63,915 bases of DNA, taken from positions 8,585,711-8,649,625 of the forward strand of contig JBOZIK010000001.1 of the NCBI GenBank assembly GCA_051453625.1, given 5' to 3'. Below, piece by piece: positions 41,226 to 53,200 of the stretch. This DNA comes from Welwitschia mirabilis. Taxonomy: Eukaryota. Position 1 is the stretch's first letter. Each line of letters opens with the position of its first letter. Below the pieces are notes generated by a model, which was not told the DNA's origin, did not search any database, and was given only the letters and a program-made list of their open reading frames with translations. The translations under genes were made by a program, and so were the position numbers.

Positions 41226-44200
41226 GTATGACTATTTTTAGCTTTCGAAGTCTAAAGATATGAGGACATATGTACATTTTTACTTGATAAAATTTATGAA
41301 AGCCCTTTAGACATTTTATAAATTAATGGTTGTTCACTCTTGATACTATGCTAATTTTTTAATCCATAGAAAATCACTGATTTAACATTTATTTTCTATA
41401 CAAAACATAAGATCATATCTTTATCAAATTATACTTCTTGTCAAAAATTAGTGTGATGGATTTGCCAGCTTCTCTGGGAAGATGGAAATGTGTAATCCAA
41501 TAATCAGGATCCTTGGCCAAATCCTAAATGCAATGTTGTTAAGGATTTCTATCATAATCATAAATTGATTAATGGTGAATCTAGATTTTGTTTTATGTGA
41601 GTCATTTTTCCTTGTAATGAACTTAGTTTTTTTTTAATTAGATGTTATCCTTTTGTAAGCACAATTTACNNNNNNNNNNNNNNNNNNNNNNNNNNNNNNN
41701 NNNNNNNNNNNNNNNNNNNNNNNNNNNNNNNNNNNNNNNNNNNNNNNNNNNNNNNNNNNNNNNNNNNNNNNNNNNNNNNNNNNNNNNNNNNNNNNNNNNN
41801 NNNNNNNNNNNNNNNNNNNNNNNNNNNNNNNNNNNNNNNNNNNNNNNNNNNNNNNNNNNNNNNNNNNNNNNNNNNNNNNNNNNNNNNNNNNNNNNNNNNN
41901 NNNNNNNNNNNNNNNNNNNNNNNNNNNNNNNNNNNNNNNNNNNNNNNNNNNNNNNNNNNNNNNNNNNNNNNNNNNNNNNNNNNNNNNNNNNNNNNNNNNN
42001 NNNNNNNNNNNNNNNNNNNNNNNNNNNNNNNNNNNNNNNNNNNNNNNNNNNNNNNNNNNNNNNNNNNNNNNNNNNNNNNNNNNNNNNNNNNNNNNNNNNN
42101 NNNNNNNNNNNNNNNNNNNNNNNNNNNNNNNNNNNNNNNNNNNNNNNNNNNNNNNNNNNNNNNNNNNNNNNNNNNNNNNNNNNNNNNNNNNNNNNNNNNN
42201 NNNNNNNNNNNNNNNNNNNNNNNNNNNNNNNNNNNNNNNNNNNNNNNNNNNNNNNNNNNNNNNNNNNNNNNNNNNNNNNNNNNNNNNNNNNNNNNNNNNN
42301 NNNNNNNNNNNNNNNNNNNNNNNNNNNNNNNNNNNNNNNNNNNNNNNNNNNNNNNNNNNNNNNNNNNNNNNNNNNNNNNNNNNNNNNNNNNNNNNNNNNN
42401 NNNNNNNNNNNNNNNNNNNNNNNNNNNNNNNNNNNNNNNNNNNNNNNNNNNNNNNNNNNNNNNNNNNNNNNNNNNNNNNNNNNNNNNNNNNNNNNNNNNN
42501 NNNNNNNNNNNNNNNNNNNNNNNNNNNNNNNNNNNNNNNNNNNNNNNNNNNNNNNNNNNNNNNNNNNNNNNNNNNNNNNNNNNNNNNNNNNNNNNNNNNN
42601 NNNNNNNNNNNNGCATGTCTTTTTATTAGATCAAACTCCCTCTTCTATTAGTAATACCTTCTTTTGTTCCTGGGTAAAAAATTTAACTTGGACCTTTTAT
42701 GCTTCTTATACTAGCTCTCAACTCCTATAAAGTCTCATAGTCCCAACAATAGAATCATCTAGCTTCTTTCATGTCTTTATTAAATGTAATATAAGTTACC
42801 TTGCCTTTTCTTTAGTTGGCTTTATGAAGATAGGGTTCCTCATTCATTCCAACTCTAGGTGTAGTATTTCTTTTGTAATATTGGGTGGCTAAACAATGTT
42901 AATCAATATGGACACTATATATCCCCTAAAACCTCTTCACACTGTGTCTAGGTGAAATCATGAAAGGTTCATGATGAGAGGCTAGTACATTCTTATCTAG
43001 GCTAAAGATATAATTTCCATCATAAATATACTAGATATAGGTTTAGACTCCTTTTTCATGAAGCCGTGATATTTCTTTATTCTAAATCTTAGAAGAAGTA
43101 TACTTTGATAGCTTGTAACTCATAATGAAATGAGTAAAGATGCTATCTACTGAGCTGATATGGACTATTCTATTTCTACCCTAAGAATTCTTGCATCTTC
43201 AGCCTTCACTCATATTATGTATTTCCTTTTAAAGCCCAAAGCTTTAGTGCTTCATAGTAGGGTAGGACATAGCTTTCTTTCTTGTAGTTTCACATCTAGA
43301 AATATAAGATTTTAAGGCATTTATCAAAATAAACACCTTAAATATAGAGCTTTTTAAGGTGTTTATGTTAATAAATGCTTAAATGAATCTAATGAAAATT
43401 TTTTAAGGCATTTGTTTAATGAAATTCCTTAAAAGCATTTTCAAAGTTCCTTTTAAGGCATTTATTTAAATAAACATCTTAAAGTTTTAATTTGAATAAT
43501 ATATATTTTTTAAAAACCTAAAATTATATATAAAAAAGGGTTTTTAATGCATTTTGATAAACACCTTAAAAGATAGCATAAAAAAATAACATAAATTTCA
43601 TCTTCGCACTTCTGCCCTAACACCCGTCTTTCACTTTATGCATTGCCAAAAAAAAAAAAAATTTGTTCATTGTCCTACTACCCATATTTTACAAAGTTTC
43701 TACATTTGGTTTCTTACATCAAGACTGAGCCCTCTGAGCACTTGCAATAACAAAATGGCCACTGCTGCATTTTAGGAGACCCCTTGATGTGTTTAATAGA
43801 CAGTTGTTCATTTAACAACTCTCCTCAGTCACAAGAGAAATAGACTTTGGTTTAATAATCATTCATATCTATGCATGCATTGGTTGAAGAAGGCTTAAGA
43901 GTTGCAGAGGATACAGAATGGATAGTAGATCCACATTAGAAACACAAAAACTTCAAGAATAGAAAGTGCATAGTGATCATATAAGAAAGAAGGTGCGATG
44001 AGTGATATCGCTAGGATTGTCAATGGGAGAACTTGTAATTACATAGCAATTCATATAAGTTATGCAATCTACATGTGTTAATTCATTATCATACTAAATT
44101 TCATGGAAATGGTGTAGAAACATAGGCTTAGAAAGGCTAAGCTATGAGATTATCTTATTTATTTCCTTGTCAACCATGAGCTAAGCGTTATGAGATCTAA

Positions 44201-44248
44201 TCATCCCCGTGATATTTTAATGGATCATTCTTTGAGGGCTTTCACATC

Positions 44249-44464
44249 ACCCCTATCATTCTTGTTCATGGCATTTTTGGATTCAGAAAAGGGGTATATC
44301 TAGCTGAAACCCCCTTGTTTTATCTCCATTGAATCAAAAATAATAACTAAAAATTTTGTTAAACTGTAAAATCTTAGAGGAATATCGTATTTTATAGGAG
44401 TAGAGTTGAAGGATGATCACATCTTTGTGCCTGATTTGGGATCTCCCTTTAGAATCCATTATGA
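44249..44464 (+). pseudogene. Two-exon fragment of a plant lipase-like alpha/beta hydrolase (resembles Arabidopsis At1g10740-type proteins)
   Basis: TPIILVHGIFGFRKG|gt, a 76-nt intron (44294-44369, acceptor decayed to aa), then NLRGISYFIGVELKDDHIFVPDLGSPFRIHY, versus the recalled PPIVLVHGIFGFGKG|RLGGLSYFAGAEKKDERVLVPDLGSLTSIYDR. Confidence 0.85.
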
Positions 44465-44732
44465 ATTATTTACTAAATAAGAACTATTTCTGGTTATTTC
44501 TTGATCTTTAGACCTATTTATTTGATAATTTTAAGAGAATGTCAATATTGTGTAGTATTTATTTTAACCTTTTTAAATTTAATTTTACGAGTCTTTTAAT
44601 TACCTACCCAATTTTTTTTAATTTCTTTTATTTGAGTTACCTAATTTTTGAGTATTTAATCTATGTCTTTGTGACTTTGACATTTATACTATGTGATTTT
44701 TAAACAAATAAACAAATACATAGGAAAGAAAT

Positions 44733-46845
44733 ATGAGGAGAACATACTCTCTTGAGGTAGATAAATGCTCTAGCATAGAATTGCTTGACAGCTTAGGAGT
44801 TGTCAAGTCAGAAGAATCCAATGAATGCAGCTATGATGAACTACTTGAGGATGCACTATATAATGTTCTTGACAGGGAATACGTTGAAGGAATTCTAGAT
44901 AAAGAATTTATAAAAGAAACAACCCTTGTAAAGGTTCACAAAAAGCCAAAATCAATTACATTATATGGGTTCAAGAAACTAGGAGTGATGGTAACCAAAG
45001 AATACCCTAATTATGACTTAATGATTAATCTATAGTTCGAAATTAGATTTGATTTTACTCTTAAGCTATAAGCATTATCTTCATTTTATTTACATTAACA
45101 TAAGATGTAGCTTGAGGAGACTCTCTAAGAAAGCTACCTATCTTATTTGCGAGTGTGATGTATATGAAATCTCCCACTAGAAGAATTGTTTATATTCTAA
45201 TTATAGGAATGTAGGGAAAAAAGTATTGAAGCTACCAAGGTTAGTGATTGTTCTTGCAAATTTTGGTTCTAAATTAAGCTTATGGATGAAGTGTCTTCCT
45301 AAAGGATTGGTGGTTGTGCCTCATCAATCCTTTGAATTCAAATGAAAAGATTACTATCCCATGGTTTTTAAGTTTTCTTCATTTCTAAATGACTCTTACA
45401 AGATCAGTACAATAGATAGTCTAGTATTGTAAAGCATTGAATTTGAAGGTTTTTTAATAGGTCATTATAGTATTATGATTTTACTTGTTATGTTAGCTTG
45501 TTAATTATCTTTTCATACCATATTTCCTTCTCAAACATGTGTTTAGTGTGTCATTTATGATATTACACTATTGTGAAACACCCACTTCTTGTCCCTTCCT
45601 TTCTTTGACCAAAATGTTTTTAGGGTTAAATACATGTTTATCAAACCTGTATTCTTTATAAGTTGAGCTGCTTACCCTTTCTTTTGATAATTAAATTCTA
45701 TTCTTTGTTAGTTTTCCTTGTATATTCTTCTAATAGTGAAATTCACTCTCATTCTTTATCTATGCTTTTCACATAGATGTGTATTGGATTTAATAAAGCT
45801 CAATGGGTAAGTTACAGAATATTAATCTAATCTTAAGTCATTTCCTTTTGTAATCCCCAAATATACTGAAATTCAATACATTAATATATTCTTGTTTGTT
45901 TAGGCACCTTCAATAATACTTTCATATGGATTCTACTAATTACATGATGTCTATTTGCAACACTAAAGTACTAAGGAAATTATCCTCACCTAGAAAAAAT
46001 GGCAATGTGTTTTACATGTCACTTGATGATTAGCTCATGATAAAAACAATGCACAAGGTTGAAGTGAAAGTAGGTCCTTAATAAAGACTTGGATCCCTTT
46101 GATACTAAAACTTAACCAATGGATAGTCAATAATAAGGATAATTATTTGCAGTATTTTGGTTCTTATCAGTACTTAAATTACATTTTATGACAAATTTGT
46201 AAATGTGGAGTAACTTTTGAGATTTTTGTAGGTTTTCCTTTATAATACTACCAAATTATTTTGGGCATGTAAGAACCTATCAAAAAAACCCAATTACAAG
46301 GTTCTATGGTTTTCATGCTGTTAAACATGTAAGAGGTCAAAAGGTAAAAAAATAATTTCTAAAACTCTAAAATTATGATCATAGATCTTCTTAATAAGCA
46401 TATTGTATTTAACTATTTGTATTATTTATTTAGCCAAGTTCTTCATGTTCTAAAATAGGTCTAAATCTTATTGAGATCTATTAAATTGAAGAGTCCACCA
46501 CTAATTTGGTACTAAAAATCAAGAGGTTAGGTTTATGATTATGCACAATATGTTCTATTCAGATATGNNNNNNNNNNNNNNNNNNNNNNNNNNNNNNNNN
46601 NNNNNNNNNNNNNNNNNNNNNNNNNNNNNNNNNNNNNNNNNNNNNNNNNNNNNNNNNNNNNNNNNNNTATTGAGATCTATTAAATTGAAGAGTTCACCAC
46701 TAATTTGGTACTAAAAATCAATAGGTTAGGTTTATGATTATGCACAATATGTTCTATTCAGATATGTGCATCTAACTTGAAAGGGTTATCACAAGGTCGA
46801 ACAGCTAATAAGGGTGAAATTTAAGAAACTACTACACTAAAGGAA
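44733..46845 (+). pseudogene. PIP5K: Phosphatidylinositol-4-phosphate 5-kinase fragment (PIP5K7/8/9-like), five exons with introns, truncated at both ends
   Basis: ~44733-45046 RRTYSLEV...VLDREYVEGIL...TKEYPNYDLMINL*FEIR (donor decayed to at); 45207-45371 NVGK...ANFGSKLSLWM...PHQSFEFK*KDYYPMVF; 45904-46069 HLQ*YFHMDSTNYMMSICNTKVLRKLSSPRKNGNVFYMSLDD*LMIKTMHKVEVK; 46232-46343 ILPNYFGHVRTYQKNPITRFYGFHAVKHVRGQK (frameshifted); 46725-~46845 VRFMIMHNMFYSD...NLKGLSQGRTANKGEI*ETTTLK. These match plant PIP5K motifs (YDLMLNLQLGIR, FKWKDYCPMVFR, LRELSSPGKSGS, MIKT, DLKGSS). Confidence 0.96.
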
Positions 46846-49800
46846 AACAGTAATCTTCTAGGCAAGATCAATCTAGATGGGGTGATGAATGAAATAAAAG
46901 CAAAAGAAATAGAACACATTGAGGGGTTTTAAGTTTTAGTACCATTCTATATCTAATCATATATTTAGATGAAATATTTCTACTTAGACATTCACATTTA
47001 ATTCTCTTATATTACCTTCCTTTTTTAAATGGAAATAGACCTCAAGCAATTTTATTAGATATTTCAAATATAGTTAGAAGGAATTCTTTTAAGAAAACTA
47101 GCTCATCCATAAAATGAATGTCTGCTTGATTAAATAAGAGAATTGTAGATGCTTAACTATCTTTCAAGATAGATGTTGGGCTAGTATTGTGAGTAGTAGA
47201 AACATGCCTTCTGACTATGTAGAGATGATTAATAGAACTAGTATTTATATAGAAGAATCTACTTCATTTAACACATGGAGTATACCTTGTACCTCAAGAA
47301 TTGCTTAAAAAGACTAGATCCTGAAGCCTGATAATTTCAAGAATAAGCTTACCTAAGAAATGGATTATTTTCAAAGAGATTTAGCATCTCCATCTATGAA
47401 TTCAATGGGTATCATCTAAAGTTAGAATTTTTTAGATTAAAAAAATAATAACCATGAGTAAATCTCTACCTCATGAGTATGGGAAAAAGGAGGCATATAA
47501 AAAGCTGTTAGCATTTATTATGAAAATATTAATCAATTATTTAGAAAAGCTTCTTAACATTGAAGATGTTGCAGTGTCTAATATTTAAAAAATATTAAAT
47601 ATCATATATTACCAAATTAATTATAACATTGCACTGTCATATGCTAATAACCTCTTCTTTATGCCTGTAATTAGCAAAATCTTTCAGGGTTTTAATATAT
47701 TACTGTGTAATTAGTAGAATATTATTATATTATAAAAAGCCTTTTTTATTTTTTATTTTTTCTAGTGAAATTATTACAAAGAAAAAATAGAAGATGCAAG
47801 ACCATCACAACAAGTAAAACACAGACTTAAAAATAACTTTTTTCTAATAAAAAACATGCCAAATATCTCCATGATCATGCCAAATACATCTTACTTAAAA
47901 AAAAAGTTTATTAAAAGGATACTCTTTCATCACAATATAAATGAGGTAAAAAGTTGTACTATAATTATTAATATACAAACATGAATTAGTTTTATTAAAT
48001 TTATACTTTTTCTAAAGAAGACATATTTTAGGTAGGGAGAAATCCATTGCTATAGAGCTCAAATGAATTTCAATAATCCATATTTACTTTCAATGTTTTC
48101 TTGTAGCCTTTGATCAAGACATTATGCAAAGTGGAATTTACACAACTAAAGCTTTCTACATTGCTTAAAACAATGATAAAAGTATTGCTTAAAATAATGT
48201 AATAAGCTCATCATCATAGATCTTACTCTTTCCATTTGTAAAATATCTTCTGCAATATGTTTCAAAAGACCATCATGAGAAGGTATCTTTAAACCCATCC
48301 TAGACATCTATATGATAGAAATGTTTCACATACAATTAACTAATAAGTCACACTTAGACTAATAAGATAAAATTTTTACACATCCTCTGTAACACACCAT
48401 TTCTACCAAAGTGTGTAAGAAAATTTTGAAGTTGCACATATTAAAAATACAAACTGGTCAAACATAGAAGAAGCTAAGGAAATAAGTATGTATATCATAC
48501 ATTCTTGTTTATGCATTAATTTTATTTTTTTTCCCTAAAGGNNNNNNNNNNNNNNNNNNNNNNNNNNNNNNNNNNNNNNNNNNNNNNNNNNNNNNNNNNN
48601 NNNNNNNNNNNNNNNNNNNNNNNNNNNNNNNNNNNNNNNNNNNNNNNNNNNNNNNNNNNNNNNNNNNNNNNNNNNNNNNNNNNNNNNNNNNNNNNNNNNN
48701 NNNNNNNNNNNNNNNNNNNNNNNNNNNNNNNNNNNNNNNNNNNNNNNNNNNNNNNNNNNNNNNNNNNNNNNNNNNNNNNNNNNNNNNNNNNNNNNNNNNN
48801 NNNNNNNNNNNNNNNNNNNNNNNNNNNNNNNNNNNNNNNNNNNNNNNNNNNNNNNNNNNNNNNNNNNNNNNNNNNNNNNNNNNNNNNNNNNNNNNNNNNN
48901 NNNNNNNNNNNNNNNNNNNNNNNNNNNNNNNNNNNNNNNNNNNNNNNNNNNNNNNNNNNNNNNNNNNNNNNNNNNNNNNNNNNNNNNNNNNNNNNNNNNN
49001 NNNNNNNNNNNNNNNNNNNNNNNNNNNNNNNNNNNNNNNNNNNNNNNNNNNNNNNNNNNNNNNNNNNNNNNNNNNNNNNNNNNNNNNNNNNNNNNNNNNN
49101 NNNNNNNNNNNNNNNNNNNNNNNNNNNNNNNNNNNNNNNNNNCATTCTTGTTTATGCATTAATTTTATTTTTTTCCCTAAAGGGCTTTTTCCTCAAAAGG
49201 GATTTTGAGGCATTTTAAACATGAATGCCTCAAAAGGGCTTTTGAGGCATTTTATTAGATAAGCATCTCAAAAGATGTTTTAAGGAGTTTTATCAAATAA
49301 GCACATAAAATAATTTTTAAGGCGTTGATTGGAAAAGCACCTTAAAAAGATTTTAAAGATATTTTTATTAAAATTCCTTAAAAATACCTTAAAAGACTAG
49401 GCTTTTAAGGCAAGGCTTTTTAAGAAGTTTTGTGAAGAAATGCCTTAAAAACTTTTAAGGAATTTTTAAAGGCATTGCAAGGCATATTAAAAATTCCTTA
49501 AAAGCCTATATTTCTTGTAGTGGTTATAATTTGTTTGGTGTAGCTCAAGGTAGATCCTTCGTCTTCTTATATTAGGTGAAAGCTTTATCATGTAATGTTA
49601 AGTAAGATGGTTAAGATTCCTCATCTTGTAGTATTAGGTAAAGTGTTCATCCTATAATATTAGGTGGAGGTTGTCATGATGAGTTCAACATGTATCCTTT
49701 AGAGATAGATTCCTCTACCAACTAGTGCTATCATCACATATCTCTAATGCCACCTCCACATGAAATTACCACATGTCTTCCAATGCAACTATCACATATC

Positions 49801-50200
49801 TTCTAGTGCCACTACTACATGCCATCATTCAGCTTTAGTTTATTTCACATTCTTTAAATTACTACTAAATTCCTGAAATTATCATGAAAAAATGCATAAT
49901 ATTAAGTATGGCATAGAAAATAGCTGAAAACATATTTTTATGATTAAACCAATTAATTTAATATCTTTACTATGATAAATTAATCAAATATAATTGGTCT
50001 AAATGTTAATTTTTACATGATGACACAGCTTCTAATTTTACTTATGCTAGACTCTTAGCAAAAACTTGATAAAGAAATGATTAACATGGATAACTTATTT
50101 AAGAAAAAATAATAAAGTATGAAAAATGATAGTCTTTTAAAAATTTTAACTAATTATTAAAAATAAGCATCAAAATCAAAAAAATTCTGTGAAAAATGGA

Positions 50201-53200
50201 TGTCATACCCCCTAATCAAAAACTAAACTTTATCCTCAAAGTTTAAAAGATGAAAAAAACTTAATATAACTTTTAAGAATATATTATCTTATTTTTAAAA
50301 TGAATTCTCCATGAAGAGTTATTTTATTGGAAAAGAAAAGTAGGAAAAGTTATGTAACTAAGCTATAAAGAAAAGAAAGAAAAAGGAAAATGATAAAGGA
50401 TGCATGAAGTAAAAGGAAATTATATGAGAAATTGCTAAATAATGAGGTTTCATACATAATTATTATAGATGAAAGCAATATAAAGAAATAAAGGATGAAA
50501 AGTTAAGAGGAAGAATAATACAAATGAAGAAAAAGATGAAAATTAAGATGATAAAGAAAGTGTTAAAATGAAATAGAAAATGGATGAAAACAAAGTCATA
50601 GTCTATTTCTATGAATGATAATAGCTTGTTAATGACCTAAGATAATTCTAAATTAGAATAAATTTTATATAAAGAAGCATGAGATGAACAAAGGGAAATG
50701 TATGGCAGTGCTAGTGGGTATTAGCAGTGGCACTGGTTTTCTATGATAAATGATCATGAGTTTGGAATGGTGAACCAATGATGATAAAATCATTATATAA
50801 GTGAAATGGATGAATGATAAAATGATAGAAAGGCTCAAAATGAATAAAAATTTAGTAAAATTAAAGCCCTTTTATCCTGATAATATTTTAGACTTACTTA
50901 GTCCTAGTGTGACTTATAAAAGGAAAGATTTTATTATAACAAATATAAATGTACCTTTAGGTATGATCTCTTATAAAGATAAAAGGGTAATGCATGCAGT
51001 GTGAAAGGGTGAAATGAATTAAAATAAAAATGCCACTAATTATTCTACCATGCATGTTATGAATAAATAAGACTATAAAACTAAAGTAATGGCTAGAAAA
51101 AGTTTATCTACTTATGGATTTAAGTTAAGATATGGCAAAACATTGATAAAGTAAATTCATGCTAGTTGAGAGCAGTAAAGGATTTTAAGTACCAAATGTT
51201 AAAACAAATAATACATAATAAGTTTCTAATCCCATCTTAATTTCTTTCCAATTTTTACCCTTCTACAATCATAAGTGGTATCTTTTAAGCCTTTGACCAT
51301 AATAAGCATTTATTTTTATGACACCTTATTCTAATAGAGTTGAACATGTTACGCATGATGAAGTTAGTGTTGTACTACTAGTAAGCATTGATAGCTATGA
51401 TGTAGTTCAACATACTACAAATGAATCATTAGAGCTATATTAATAGCGAGGATCCATAATCATGATGTTATTAAATAAACCCAATAAAACTAATCAAAAA
51501 TAAAATTTTACTTTTTGGAGAAGAAATGTTATTTTTCTTTTGATTCTACTCTGATATTCATTTTTTTAATGTATATAGGAGGGGTAATTAGCTTATTAGC
51601 CTACTTAAGAAATATCTTATCCCCATAAATGCATTTGAAAAAGACACATCATGAAAGTATAAAGATCATCTTTTCTTTCCTTAATTTCAAATTATAGACA
51701 TCAAATGAATGTAAGCCTTACCAAAAGAACTTAAAGATAAAGATGAATTATTCTTGAAAATAAAGGATTCATCCAATTTTAGATCACCTAATGAATGAAA
51801 AAGATATTTTATTCTTATTTATTTAAAAATGCCACTACCTAAGATTAGTAAGTCTCATAAACTCATAATATCATGGTGATCTATAAGCCTTATAAAATAT
51901 TGCAATGCTGGAAGAGGTTTTTAATAAATTTTAAGGCACTGATGACTTATTTTATATTAAGGGTGGTATTTAAAGTTTTCTAAACAAAAATGCTTAAGGT
52001 AATAATTATATAGGTGGTAATGCTTCAATGGTTTTAGGTAAGAGAGACCATTAAGAAAAAGTTTTTAGAATGTTTTTAAGTTTTTTCAATGTAAATCTAA
52101 TCTAAACAGAAAATATAATCTAAAAGAAAAATATAATCTAGAATTATGCAATGAAGATAAAAATTTCAAGCAAAATAATTTTCTAATATGAGGCATGTAT
52201 GAAGGTTCAAGATAATAATGAACACAAAATGTGGATGATGCATTGATGTTATGCAAAGCATTTTGAACTGGAAGAGAATTCATGTAGATTATTATGCTTG
52301 AGCCCATAAAATTAGGAGGAACATCAACACAAGTAGTAAAAATTATGTTTTTAAAATAAAAAATAGTATGTTCTTTAGCTTATTTATGCTTCTTTAACAG
52401 GTCATGTAAGATATCATTTTTTAGATGAAGATAAAATTGAGTTAAAGACCATTAGAGAAGGTAAATGTTCATTAAGAAAATTATCAAAATATGATTCCAT
52501 AAAGAAGTTTTATCTTCTTCATTGCAGTTTGGATTTTTCTTAGTAGATAAAGATGAAAATGAAATGGTTAGATTAGCAGGTTTTTTAGGAAAACACTCTT
52601 CATAGGATTGATCACGTATGGGATCTTTGGTAATGTTCTGTTCATCATAAGATGGATCATGTATGGGCTCTTTGAATATGGTTGTAATTTGAAGAAGAAT
52701 TTTCTTCAATGTTGTTCTTTTCATTAATGTCACTTATTTATTCATTCTTTGTTGTATAACTCACTAAGATATAGCCTTTCTTAAATGGTTTATCATCTTT
52801 TAATGATTGATCATACTTTTATATGTTTATTTCTCTTATAAAGTATAGCCTTTATGTAATTAGTCATTTACTCTCTAGTGTGTTTTTAAACTCAAGGTCC
52901 TTATGGGTTTCCTCATTTATTTCTTCCTCATTTCTAAATAATATGGCTTGCATATCATCAATTTTGCTATCATCAATCCTTTTAAGGTTTTCAATATTTT
53001 TAGGATTAGGTTCATGAAATGTAGAAAGGCTTTCCTCTTGTTGTTAATCAAGTTCGAGTTGATTGTCATCTTTATTATAGTTTAAGAAGTAAAGAATTTA
53101 TTGGAGAATTTGATCATGAGTTTAGGTAGTTTGTTCAAGATTTCTTAAGAAGGATGAATATCTCTTAAGGAGTTGTTCATGATTATAAATAATTTGTGTT

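Larger units (their letters stand above)
43291..49522. mobile_element. Non-autonomous CACTA (En/Spm) element carrying host gene fragments (Pack-CACTA)
   Basis: Reverse complement of the right end is cactacaagaaatataggcttttaagg; the left end is cacatctagaaatataagattttaagg (22/27 match). Dense ttttaaggcattt/aaatgccttaaaa subterminal arrays at 43310-43575 and 49185-49505. Flanking 3-mers are ttt/gtt (imperfect TSD). No transposase seen. Confidence 0.82.

Noticed and set aside
44733-45035. 100-aa ORF as an independent functional small gene
   Set aside because: It is part of a PIP5K exon ended by a CAG>TAG nonsense change; the downstream exons are also disabled.
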